Assembly: GCA_028823995.1 (NCBI GenBank)
Contig: JAPPFD010000007.1
Location: 9,594 to 73,593, forward strand
DNA from: a bacterium
GTDB taxonomy: Bacteria > Actinomycetota > Acidimicrobiia > Spongiisociales > ZC4RG35
Length of the DNA: 64,000 bases
Direction: 5' to 3'
The notes below the pieces were generated by a model, which did not search any database, had not been told where the DNA came from, and saw nothing but the letters and a program-made list of their open reading frames with translations. This document shows, piece by piece, positions 31,018 to 40,424 of the stretch. The position numbers and the translations under genes were made by a program. Each line of letters starts with the position of its first letter. Position 1 is the first letter of the stretch.

Positions 31018-31035
31018 GCAACTACAGTTGGCGAC
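31018..31035 (+). repeat. 18-bp direct repeat copy 2
   Basis: GCAACTACAGTTGGCGAC (17/18 identical to copy 1). Confidence 0.6.
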
Positions 31036-31073
31036 GTGAAGGCGTCTCGAAGCGACTGGCAGACTGCCTGATC

Positions 31074-31586
31074 ATGGCTGCTCTTGAGACTCCGGGTCCG
31101 GTTCTCACCATCCACATGGGGGACATCACCAAGCTGGAAGTGGACGCAATAGTGAACGCGGCCAATAACACGCTGCTCGGCGGCGGCGGGGTGGACGGGG
31201 CCATCCACCGAGCCGCCGGACCCCGGCTCCTCGAGTACTGCCGCACCCTGGGAGGGTGCGAGACGGGCCAAGCCAAGGTCACGCCCGGTTTCGGTCTGCC
31301 GGCCCGGTGGGTGATCCACACCGTCGGACCGGTGTGGCGGGGCGGCGGCGGGGGCGAGCCGGAGCTATTGGCCTCCTGCTACCGGGAGTCGCTGGCCCGC
31401 GCCGACGAGGTAGGTGCTGCGACCATCGCTTTTCCGGCCATCTCCACCGGCGTGTACGCGTACCCCCTCGAAGACGCCGCCACGACGGCTATCGAGGCGG
31501 TTCGCTCCACACCCACGGATGTGACCCAAGTCACATTCGTCGCCTTCGACCAGAAGACCCTGGAAGCCTACGCCGACCGTCTCTGA
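31074..31586 (+). CDS. Macrodomain O-acetyl-ADP-ribose deacetylase (YmdB-like)
   Basis: [35 protein letters not shown]. Confidence 0.93.
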   Translation: MAALETPGPVLTIHMGDITKLEVDAIVNAANNTLLGGGGVDGAIHRAAGPRLLEYCRTLGGCETGQAKVTPGFGLPARWVIHTVGPVWRGGGGGEPELLASCYRESLARADEVGAATIAFPAISTGVYAYPLEDAATTAIEAVRSTPTDVTQVTFVAFDQKTLEAYADRL

Positions 31587-31665
31587 GGGTTCCTCCGCCT
31601 CCACCACGAATGGGTCTGAATGGATACCCCCGCAGGGACTCGCACAGCTTGCCCTCCCGTTTAGC

Positions 31666-32196
31666 ATGAATGTCATGGGGGAAACGGACTCGGGACACCT
31701 GAGCGCACTGGACGGACGGCTCCTGCGCCGGGCCATCCAGCTATCGGCCAGTGCAGCCGCCAAGGGAAACATGGCATTCGGCGCCCTTCTCGGAGACCCG
31801 GAAGGCAACATCCTCCTCGAAGCCGAGAACACGACGTTCACCGAACTGAATCCCCTCAACCACGCCGAGACCAACCTGGTCAACATGGCGGTCGCCTCCC
31901 TCGACCCGGAGTTGATCGCCGCCGCCACTCTCTACACCAGTTGCGAACCCTGCGCCATGTGCAGCGGCGCCATGTACTGGGGCGGGATTAACCGGACGGT
32001 GTACGCGATGTCAGAACACGACCTGCTGGACATCACGGGCGTCAGCGACCACTGCCCGACCATGCGGGGAGTGGGTTGTCGCGCCATCCTCAACAGCGGC
32101 CAGCGTCACATCGAGGTAAGCGGGCCTCATCTGGTCGAGGAGGCATGCGCAGTCCAACTCGACTACTTTGCGGCCCGGCCTCCGGAGAGTTCATAG
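31666..32196 (+). CDS. Zn-dependent nucleoside/nucleobase deaminase
   Basis: HAE...LYTSCEPCAMC. Confidence 0.9.
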   Translation: MNVMGETDSGHLSALDGRLLRRAIQLSASAAAKGNMAFGALLGDPEGNILLEAENTTFTELNPLNHAETNLVNMAVASLDPELIAAATLYTSCEPCAMCSGAMYWGGINRTVYAMSEHDLLDITGVSDHCPTMRGVGCRAILNSGQRHIEVSGPHLVEEACAVQLDYFAARPPESS

Positions 32197-32438
32197 AAAC
32201 TCATCTCCCGATGACGAAGCCAAGGGAATTCGGGGTCCATGACGTTTATCCCCCCTCCCGCTTCTAACCGCTGATCTCCCCGGGGACACTCGACAAGCCA
32301 ATCCCCGGCCCCGGGTCTTAGCAGTCACCGAGCAGGAATACTTCCGGTGTGGTGGACCGGTGGTTGTTCAGACGTTCTCCATGGTTCCCACCGCTCCCTT
32401 CGCCCGACGGCGCCCGCACGGGACAACTAAGTCCGCCT

Positions 32439-32470
32439 GACATATTTGAGCAACATTTCGTTGCCACAGT
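32439..32470 (+). promoter_or_regulatory. Conserved upstream motif, copy 1
   Basis: GACATATTTGAGCAACATTTCGTTGCCACAGT aligns without gaps to 57301-57332. Confidence 0.55.
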
Positions 32471-32511
32471 GAATGGCATCACACAGACCTTCAAGCGAAA
32501 GGAGTGAACCG

Positions 32512-33963
32512 ATGAAGTTAAAGAAGTTTCTGACCAAGACCTCCGTGATTGGGGTGGCGATAGGCGCCATGCTCAGCATGGGGGTGCTGGTCGCCTGCGG
32601 GGACGACACAGAGTCCCGGGGCGGCCAGGAGACCGGCGGCGCCGAAGGCTCTGGCGAGCACGGCGCCGCCGGGGAGGCCGGCGGCGAAGGCGGCGGCGGA
32701 AGCGAAGAGGCCAGCGGAACCATGTTGGCCCCCGACGAGACCTTCGACACGGTCCGGGCAGGCGCCCGGCTGATGATGCGCTACGACGCACCGAGCAACT
32801 CCTTCACGGGCACCGTTGAGAACACCACCAACAACGTCCTCACCCGAGTGAGGATCGAGGTGCATCTCTCCAACGGCGTGGAACTCGGTCCGACAACTCC
32901 CGTGGACCTGGCCCCGGGCGAGGTGATTGCGGTCGCCCTGCCCGCCACGCCGGAACCGTTCACCGGATGGACTCCCCACGCCGAGGTCGGCAGCGGCGAA
33001 GGCGGCGGAGGCGAGGGCAGCGAGTCCGGCGGCGAAGGCGGCGCCGAAGGTCCCGAGGGCAGTCCCGAGGGCAGCGGCGCCGAACTCAACGAGGCGGCCA
33101 TGTCGAGCCCTATCGTTCCCCTCTCACAGACGTGGGAAGGAAACCTCGGGGGACTGGCCATCTCTGCCCGATACGACGCCGCAACCCAGACGGTCTACTC
33201 GACGGTGGAAAACACCACCTCCCAGGTCCTCTGCTACGTGCAGGCCGAACCTCACCTGAAGTCGGGGACGACGACGGTCGGGGAACTCGGCCCGGACGTA
33301 CTGGGGCATCTCAGCCCCGGACAGGTGGCCACGACAGCGGTGGCGGTTTCCAGTGAACCGTCCCTGGCGGGGGTCTCCTTCGACGGGTACGTCGTCCACA
33401 TGGAGATCTTCGACTGCGCCGGCTCCGGCCCCGTGCCTCACACAGGAGGCGAGGGCGGTGAAGGCGGCGGTGGCGAAGGCGCTGGGGGCGAAGGGCACGG
33501 TCCCGGTGGCGAAGGCGGCAGCGAAGGCGGCGGCGAAGGCTCGGAGACCGGATCCTCCGGTGGTGAAGAGGGCAGCGGAAACATGCTGGCCTTGAACGAG
33601 ACCTTCGACACCGTCCGTGCCGGCGCCCGGTTGATCCTGAACTACGACGCCCAGAGCAACTCGTTCAAGGGCACCGTGGAGAACACGACCAACAACACCC
33701 TGACCCGGGTCAGGATCGAGGTCCATCTCTCGAACGGGACGGAACTCGGTCCGACCACCCCGGTGGACATGGCCCCCGGCCAGGTGCTGGCGGTCAACCT
33801 TCCCGCCACGGCTGAACCCTTCACCGGCTGGGTACCCCATGCCGAGGTCGGCAGCGGCGAAGGCGGCGGGGAGCACGGCAGCGAATCCGGCGGTGGTGAA
33901 GGCAGCGGCGAACACGGCTCCGGCGGAGAGCACGGCGGCAGCGGCGAAGGCGGCGGCGGCTGA
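32512..33963 (+). CDS. Three-domain (A-B-A) lipoprotein with Gly/Glu/His-rich linkers, FxLYD-like beta domains
   Basis: AAGGAG RBS; lipobox LVAC; repeated GTVENTT..L.RVRIE.HLSNG.ELGPTTP...PHAEVG domain. Confidence 0.85.
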   Translation: MKLKKFLTKTSVIGVAIGAMLSMGVLVACGDDTESRGGQETGGAEGSGEHGAAGEAGGEGGGGSEEASGTMLAPDETFDTVRAGARLMMRYDAPSNSFTGTVENTTNNVLTRVRIEVHLSNGVELGPTTPVDLAPGEVIAVALPATPEPFTGWTPHAEVGSGEGGGGEGSESGGEGGAEGPEGSPEGSGAELNEAAMSSPIVPLSQTWEGNLGGLAISARYDAATQTVYSTVENTTSQVLCYVQAEPHLKSGTTTVGELGPDVLGHLSPGQVATTAVAVSSEPSLAGVSFDGYVVHMEIFDCAGSGPVPHTGGEGGEGGGGEGAGGEGHGPGGEGGSEGGGEGSETGSSGGEEGSGNMLALNETFDTVRAGARLILNYDAQSNSFKGTVENTTNNTLTRVRIEVHLSNGTELGPTTPVDMAPGQVLAVNLPATAEPFTGWVPHAEVGSGEGGGEHGSESGGGEGSGEHGSGGEHGGSGEGGGG

Positions 33964-33986
33964 CGACTCCTACGGACACCGACAAC

Positions 33987-34023
33987 GGAGGCTCCGGTTC
34001 CGACATTCGGAACCGGAGCCTTC
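33987..34023 (+). terminator. Long hairpin after lipoprotein copy 1
   Basis: GGAGGCTCCGGTTCCGA-CAT-TCGGAACCGGAGCCTTC. Confidence 0.7.
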
Positions 34024-34196
34024 ACGCGGAGGATCAGAGATGACGTCATCGAAGACCGGTGACAGGAGCGAAGGAGTGATCCGGAAGAAATGTCAAGACC
34101 CGAACAGCGATATTCTGAAAACGGACACACCCGGTGGCCAGGTGGGAGCTCTCGTAAGGGATCTCCCTCCGGAGTGGCTCCCTGTTAGGACTGCTG

Positions 34197-34874
34197 ATGA
34201 ACGACATAGTGCTGATTGTCGAAGACAACAAGAGGATCGCCAACTGGGTGAAGGTGTACTTCGAGCGGGCCGGGTTCACCGCCGAGGTCGCCCATGACGG
34301 TCGATCCGGCCTGTCCATGGCCCGCCGCCTGCTTCCGGACCTGGTGATCCTCGACCTCAACCTTCCCCGCCTCGATGGCGTGGAGGTGTGCCGGATCCTG
34401 CGTGGCGAGTCGGACGTGCCGATCATCATGCTGACCGCCAGGGAGACCCCCGCCGAACGCATCATCGGGCTGGACAGCGGCGCCGACGACTACATCATCA
34501 AACCCTTCGACCCCGACGAGGTGGTGGCGCGGGCCAACGCGGTCCTCCGGCGCGTCAGGGACAGAGTCCAGCAGGTCCTGACCCGGGGAGCCATCACCCT
34601 GAACGAGACCACCCGGAGCGTAACGGTCGACGCCGAACCCGTGCCGGTGACTCAGGCGCAACTCGCCCTGCTGTCGACCTTCATGCGCCATCCCAACCAG
34701 GTACTCACCCGCTACCAGTTGATATACCTCACCTTCGGCTACGACTTCGAGGGGTACGAACGGGCTATCGACAGCCAGGTGGCCCGCCTGCGGAAGAAGA
34801 TCGACCGGGGCGGCCACCAGCCCATCCGGACCGTGTACGGCGCCGGCTACAAGTTCGTGACGGAGGACCGCTGA
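34197..34874 (+). CDS. OmpR-family response regulator
   Basis: VED, LDLNLP, IIMLTA, GADDYIIKPF, RTVYGAGY. Confidence 0.95.
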   Translation: MNDIVLIVEDNKRIANWVKVYFERAGFTAEVAHDGRSGLSMARRLLPDLVILDLNLPRLDGVEVCRILRGESDVPIIMLTARETPAERIIGLDSGADDYIIKPFDPDEVVARANAVLRRVRDRVQQVLTRGAITLNETTRSVTVDAEPVPVTQAQLALLSTFMRHPNQVLTRYQLIYLTFGYDFEGYERAIDSQVARLRKKIDRGGHQPIRTVYGAGYKFVTEDR

Positions 34875-36319
34875 TGTCGCTCCGCTGGCGGATCATGGGT
34901 GCCATCGTCCTGGTCATCGTCCTCACCATCCTGATCGGAGTCGGCATCGGCTACTACACCACCCAGGCCCGCCTGGACGTGTTCGTGGACCGGATAGGCG
35001 AGGAAGAGGCTAACCGGCTGGCCCGGAATCTGAGCCGGGAATACACAGACGCCGGTGGTTGGCAGACGGTGGACGGGCCGCTCACCGAAGCCGGGTACAT
35101 CTCCGGCGGACCCACGGTGAGAGAGGGACCCGAGACAGGTGAGCATGGGTCCTCCGAGTCGTTCCACCATAACCCGGTGCGAGTGGTGATCGTGGGCGCC
35201 GACGGCCGGGTGGTGGTGGACAACCTGTCCGAACTCTCGCCGGGAACCATGGCGCCGGAGTTGGACGGACGCAGCGTGACCCTCTTCGACTTGACTGCCA
35301 ATCAACCGGTGGGCCGCCTCTACCTGGACGTGAACCAGGAGTTCCTCTCGACCGAGTCCCACGGGTTCCTCAGCACGATCTTGACCGTGAGCCTGATCGG
35401 CGGTCTGCTGACCGCAGGCGCCGGCATTCTGCTGGCCGCCTGGATGTCCAAGCGGATCACCGCGCCGGTGACAGCCTTGACGGAGGCAACCCAGGCGATC
35501 GCCCAGGGTGACACGACCCGCCTCCCCGTCACCTCATCGGACGAACTGGGGCGGATGAGCGCCGCCTTCAACCAGATGACCACCGCCCTGGAAACCCAGC
35601 GCAACCTCCGCAGGCGGCTCATCAACGACGTCTCGCATGAACTGAACACCCCGCTGAGCGTCATCCAACTGGAAGCGAAGGGACTCCGCGACGGGCTCCA
35701 GACGCCCGAGGACGCCTCGGAACACATCATCGGAGAGGTGGACCGCCTGCGCGGCCTGGTAACCGACCTGAACTGGCTTGCGGAGACCGACCACGGCGAG
35801 TTGAGGCTCACATTCCAACCGGGTTCGATCTGCGAACTGCTCACCACGGAGGTGGAGCGCTGGCAGCCACAGGCCCGGGCTCGACAGATCGAGTTGTCGC
35901 TCCGGGCATCCGGTGACCTCCCGGACATGGACCTCGACCGGGTGCGCATCAGCCAGGCACTGGGAAACCTGGTGAGCAACGCCATCGGGAGCACCGATCC
36001 CGGTGGAAGCATCGGTATCTCGGCGGACTTGGAAGACGACGACTGGTTGGCCATCTCGGTAACCGATGACGGGATCGGGGTCGACCCCGCAGACCTTCCC
36101 AACCTGTTCGACCGCTTCTACCGCACCGACCAGTCCCGCAGTCGGGAAGCGGGCGGGACCGGCCTGGGACTGGCCATCACCCGGACCATCGTTGAGGCAC
36201 ACGGGGGCACGGTTTGGTTGGAAAGCGCCGGACCCGGACAGGGCGCCACGGTGAGTATCCGCCTTCCCCTCCCTTCCGCCCAGGGCAGCATTGCGTCGCC
36301 GCCCCCGGACCCGAGTTGA
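34874..36319 (+). CDS. HAMP sensor histidine kinase (BaeS-like)
   Basis: Two TMs, HAMP, SHELNTPL, NLVSNA, DDGIG, GTGLGL; TGATG overlap. Confidence 0.93.
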   Translation: MSLRWRIMGAIVLVIVLTILIGVGIGYYTTQARLDVFVDRIGEEEANRLARNLSREYTDAGGWQTVDGPLTEAGYISGGPTVREGPETGEHGSSESFHHNPVRVVIVGADGRVVVDNLSELSPGTMAPELDGRSVTLFDLTANQPVGRLYLDVNQEFLSTESHGFLSTILTVSLIGGLLTAGAGILLAAWMSKRITAPVTALTEATQAIAQGDTTRLPVTSSDELGRMSAAFNQMTTALETQRNLRRRLINDVSHELNTPLSVIQLEAKGLRDGLQTPEDASEHIIGEVDRLRGLVTDLNWLAETDHGELRLTFQPGSICELLTTEVERWQPQARARQIELSLRASGDLPDMDLDRVRISQALGNLVSNAIGSTDPGGSIGISADLEDDDWLAISVTDDGIGVDPADLPNLFDRFYRTDQSRSREAGGTGLGLAITRTIVEAHGGTVWLESAGPGQGATVSIRLPLPSAQGSIASPPPDPS

Positions 36320-36430
36320 TCCCCGCGGCCGATAGGGCTACGCCTACGACGAACATAACTCCTAATCTCCCAAGCTTGTGCGGCGAAAAATGTCCGGAAG
36401 CAGCCAAGCCCGCCATGGTCTCGTTCTGAA

Positions 36431-38197
36431 ATGACCGTCGAAGGGTTCATCGTGCTGGGAATCCTGATCGGGATCGTGGCCTTGTTCGTCTCCGAGAAGT
36501 ACCCCCTGGACATTGTGGCCATGCTGGGTCTCGGAGTGCTGCTGGTTCTCGGCCTGGTAACGCCCCAGGAGGGGTTCTCGGGCTTCAGCAACCCGGCCAC
36601 ACTCACGGTGGCCGCCATGTTCATCCTCAGCGCCGGTCTGCAGAGAACCGGCGCCACCACCACGGTGGGCCGGCTCATGGTGCGCTTCAGCCGCAATCAC
36701 TTCACCGCGCTGGTGGTGATCATGGTGACGGTCACCGTCATGTCGGCCTTCGTCAACAACACCGCGGCGGTGGCCGTGTTCATCCCCCTGGTCACCATCC
36801 TGGCCGGCCGGCGAAAGCTGTCCGCCTCGAAACTGCTGATCCCCCTCTCCTACGCCTCCCAGTTCGGCGGGGTCTGCACTCTCATCGGGACCTCCACCAA
36901 TCTGCTGGTCAGTTCCATCTCCGAAGAAGCCGGCTACGGAGCGTTCACCATGTTCGAATTCAGTCGCATGGGCCTGGTGCTGTTCGTGGCGGGGGTGGCC
37001 TTCTTTCTTCTGTTCGGACGATGGCTGCTGCCCGACCGCCGGACACCGGAACTGGCCACCGCCTACCAACTTGGCGAGTACATAACCGAACTGAGGGTGC
37101 GACAGGGTTCCCCCCTGGTGGGCAAGTCGGTACTGGAGAGCAGGCTCGGGGAGGATCACGACATCACTGTCCTGCGGGTCCTCGACACCGGAGAGGACGG
37201 ATGGGCGCCGTTGAGGCGGACCCTCCAACCCGACGACGTCCTGCTGGTCCGCGGTTCGCTGACCGATCTGATCCGTCTCCGGGGGACCATGGGCCTGCGA
37301 ATCAACGCCGACTTCGAACTTCGCGACGAGACCCTGCAGACCGAGGACCTGCGCCTCGTCCAAGCGCTGGTGGCGCCCGATTCGGGGCTCATCGGTCACA
37401 CCCTCAAGGAGGTCGACTTCCGCAATCGCTACCGGGCCCTGGTGCTGGGCATCCGACGCCGGGGCAAGACGACCAACAAGAAGCTCAGTTCGGTCAAGCT
37501 CGGCCTGGGGGACGCCCTGCTGCTGCAGGCGCACGAAGCCGAGATACGGGAACTGCGGAGCGGCGACGACCTCATCATTCTCAACGAGGTGCCGGGCAGC
37601 CTCCTACGCCACAAGGCGCCCCTCGCCATCGGGATCCTCGTGACGGTAGTGGGACTGGCCGCCTTCGACCTCGTCCCGATCCTGGTGGCCGCCCTGCTCG
37701 GCAGCGTAGCCCTGGTGATGACCCGGGTGCTGCGGCCGGAGGACGTCTACCGGGCGATCAACTGGCAGGTGATCTTCCTGCTGGCCGGGGTGCTTCCCCT
37801 GGGCGTGGCCATGCATACCAGCGGAGCGGCCGGCTGGCTCGCCGAGCAGACGGTGGCGTTGGTGGGAGACATGGGTCCGGTGGCCGTCCTGGCGGCCTTC
37901 TACCTGCTGACCGCCATCATGACCGAAACCATGAGCAACGCCGCGGCGGCGGTGCTGCTGGCGCCGATAGCCATCTCAACCGCCGAGCAAATCGGCGCCG
38001 ATCCCCGGCCCTTCCTGATGGCGATAACCTTCGCCGCCTCCACCGGGTTCTCCACCCCGGTCGGCTACCAGACCAACACCATGATCTACATCCCGGGGGG
38101 ATACAGGTACACCGACTTCCTGCGGGCCGGGATGCCCCTCAACCTCATATTCTGCATCCTGTCGGTCATCTTCATCCCCCGCTTCTGGGCGTTCTGA
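36431..38197 (+). CDS. SLC13-family permease with TrkA-C domains
   Basis: GFSNPA, SAFVNNT, LIGTSTNL, TPVGYQTN. Confidence 0.92.
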   Translation: MTVEGFIVLGILIGIVALFVSEKYPLDIVAMLGLGVLLVLGLVTPQEGFSGFSNPATLTVAAMFILSAGLQRTGATTTVGRLMVRFSRNHFTALVVIMVTVTVMSAFVNNTAAVAVFIPLVTILAGRRKLSASKLLIPLSYASQFGGVCTLIGTSTNLLVSSISEEAGYGAFTMFEFSRMGLVLFVAGVAFFLLFGRWLLPDRRTPELATAYQLGEYITELRVRQGSPLVGKSVLESRLGEDHDITVLRVLDTGEDGWAPLRRTLQPDDVLLVRGSLTDLIRLRGTMGLRINADFELRDETLQTEDLRLVQALVAPDSGLIGHTLKEVDFRNRYRALVLGIRRRGKTTNKKLSSVKLGLGDALLLQAHEAEIRELRSGDDLIILNEVPGSLLRHKAPLAIGILVTVVGLAAFDLVPILVAALLGSVALVMTRVLRPEDVYRAINWQVIFLLAGVLPLGVAMHTSGAAGWLAEQTVALVGDMGPVAVLAAFYLLTAIMTETMSNAAAAVLLAPIAISTAEQIGADPRPFLMAITFAASTGFSTPVGYQTNTMIYIPGGYRYTDFLRAGMPLNLIFCILSVIFIPRFWAF

Positions 38198-38267
38198 AAA
38201 GTCGCGAAATTCTCGACCCCTATTTCGGGAACCCTCCCCCGCCACCGGGTAACATTCGCGGGCCGTG

Positions 38268-39281
38268 ATGCCTACTCCTGGTACAAGTTCGCGCTCTTTG
38301 GGCTTCCTGGGACCTGCCGGCACCTTCACCGAGGAGGCGCTGGTCACCCGCAAAAACCTGGCCGAGATGCGCCGCCAACCGTTCAACTCGATGATGCAGG
38401 TACTGAAGGCTGTGGAGTCCGGCACGGTGGATCTCGGGTTCGTCCCGATCGAAAACATGATCGAGGGGGCCGTCACCTCCAGCATCGATACCCTTGCCTT
38501 CGGAACCGGCCTGTTGATCCAGTACGAGGTGACAATGGATGTCCGGCTCACGCTGATGGCGCTTCCGGGCGCGGATCTCGACAGCGTCAAGTACCTCCGT
38601 TCCTACCCCGTGGCTTATGCTCAGTGCAGTCGGTACCTTACGCGGCGGCTGCCCGACGTCGTGATGGTTGCGGCGAACTCGACGGCCGCGGCCGCCCGTG
38701 ACCTGGCCGCCCGGGGGGACTTGGACACGGTGGTGATCGCACCGCAGAGAGCCGCCGATGTCTACGGCCTAGAGGTGCTGGCGGTGGATATAGAGGACCG
38801 GCCCGGCAACAAGACGCGTTTCCTGCTGGTCGGCCGCGATACCGTTCCGCCGCCGACCGGACAGGACAAGACGAGCCTGGTCGTGTATCAGCGCGCCGAC
38901 GCACCAGGGTCGCTGGTGGGGATCCTGGGCGAGTTCGTTGCCAGGTCCATCAACATCACCAGCCTGCAGAGCCGCCCGACCAAGGCCGGCCTCGGAAGCT
39001 ATTGCTTCCTCATCGACTGCGAGGGTCACATAATGGACGAACGGTTGGGCGATGCGCTACGCAACCTCCAGATGCGCGCGGCCAGCGTCAAGTTCCTCGG
39101 TTCCTATCCGGCGGATTCTGTCAGCCATGTGCGGGGTCCGGCCAACCGGGCAGAGCGCGAAGATGTGGATGCTTCCTACGTGGACGATGAAGGATACTTG
39201 TTGTTGGCGGGCGTTCCGGACCAGACGAGCCGTGACCAAGCTGATGCTTGGCTCGCCAACGTACGCTCCAGAGTCGTTTGA
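38268..39281 (+). CDS. pheA: Prephenate dehydratase
   Basis: FLGPAGTFTEEA, PIEN, NKTRF, ACT domain QSRPTK, FLGSYP. Confidence 0.92.
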   Translation: MPTPGTSSRSLGFLGPAGTFTEEALVTRKNLAEMRRQPFNSMMQVLKAVESGTVDLGFVPIENMIEGAVTSSIDTLAFGTGLLIQYEVTMDVRLTLMALPGADLDSVKYLRSYPVAYAQCSRYLTRRLPDVVMVAANSTAAAARDLAARGDLDTVVIAPQRAADVYGLEVLAVDIEDRPGNKTRFLLVGRDTVPPPTGQDKTSLVVYQRADAPGSLVGILGEFVARSINITSLQSRPTKAGLGSYCFLIDCEGHIMDERLGDALRNLQMRAASVKFLGSYPADSVSHVRGPANRAEREDVDASYVDDEGYLLLAGVPDQTSRDQADAWLANVRSRVV

Positions 39282-39927
39282 TTTGATTTGGGTGACCACC
39301 GCGTCAGCCTCAGTTTTTTCACAACTCCTGGCGCAAAACCTACGACAGGCGTCGCCGCAACACTGCCACGGGACACCCCGTTTTCAGGCCGGGCGCCGCG
39401 TAGCAATCAGTGTGAATGCGGCGGATGGCTCCCACCGGGAGCCTCAGGGCCCTGTCAACATCCCGGTTGTCCCGGGTGCCCGCAGCAGCGGCTCCGGGTG
39501 GAGATCTTGATCCACGCATTCCGCAAGGCCATTCCCACCCGAGCATGCCATGGCCCAGGGACTGTCCGCAACATCTTCAGGGACCTCCAAATTGAACGGA
39601 GCATGGGCGGGCAGTGTATCAGTTGGAGACGCTCACCGGGACATGATGCCCGACCTCTTGCCCCACCGTGTCGACATAGGCCCGGCGATGACCTCCGGAG
39701 GTTTCCAACCGGAGATGTCTGATGTTCAGCCAGTGGATCGGGGCGCCATTCAAATACCCCGGAATGCATCGGGCCCCGACTTAGCATCGGAGCGCAGTGG
39801 GCGGCAACAGCACTTTGTTGCAGGAAATTCAGTACCGGTTGAACGGAGTTCAGGACCGGAGGGATCTGGTCAACCAATACGAGTCGCCCTCCACTGTCGA
39901 AGAGATCTTGGCCCTCCTCTCCTCCTA

Positions 39928-39946
39928 GGTAGTGATTATCATTATT
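39928..39946. promoter_or_regulatory. Fur-box-like site
   Basis: Reverse complement AATAATGATAATCACTACC matches GATAATGATAATCATTATC at 16/19 positions. Confidence 0.6.
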
Positions 39947-39971
39947 ACTTAACGCCCCTTGGAGAAACATC

Positions 39972-40403
39972 GTGAGGTACTTGAAACTGGCGGCCAGCGT
40001 CTACCTGGCGGTGATGGCCGGGTGGGTGATAGTGCACTTCTTCGGGCACACGTTCGGCGAGGACCACCCGGAAGAGTCTGTGACCGAGGCAGACGAACGA
40101 CTCGCAACCCTCGATGCCTTCATGGCTCTGGCATTCCTGGTGACGTCGATCACCGCCTACCAGGCCGTCAGGCAGGCAGCGAAACAGTCCCCACCCGCGC
40201 CGGGTTGGTTCGGGTCCAACCTCTTCTTCTACTTCACGGTCCTAGTGGCCATCCCCTTCTTCGCCAACTGGTTCGCTTCTATGGGACACACCGACGACGG
40301 GCTGTTGTGGATCTATGTGGAGACCTTGGGACCGGTGACCTGGGGAATCCAGGCTGTCCGGCTGTGGCGCAGCGCCAGGACGGCCGAACGAGTATCCGCC
40401 TGA
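39972..40403 (+). CDS. Four-TM membrane protein with His/Asp/Glu loops
   Basis: GGAG RBS + GTG; VHFFGHTFGEDHPEE and GHTDDG loops. Confidence 0.75.
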   Translation: MRYLKLAASVYLAVMAGWVIVHFFGHTFGEDHPEESVTEADERLATLDAFMALAFLVTSITAYQAVRQAAKQSPPAPGWFGSNLFFYFTVLVAIPFFANWFASMGHTDDGLLWIYVETLGPVTWGIQAVRLWRSARTAERVSA

Positions 40404-40424
40404 CCAAACCGGGCCTCGGTCCTG

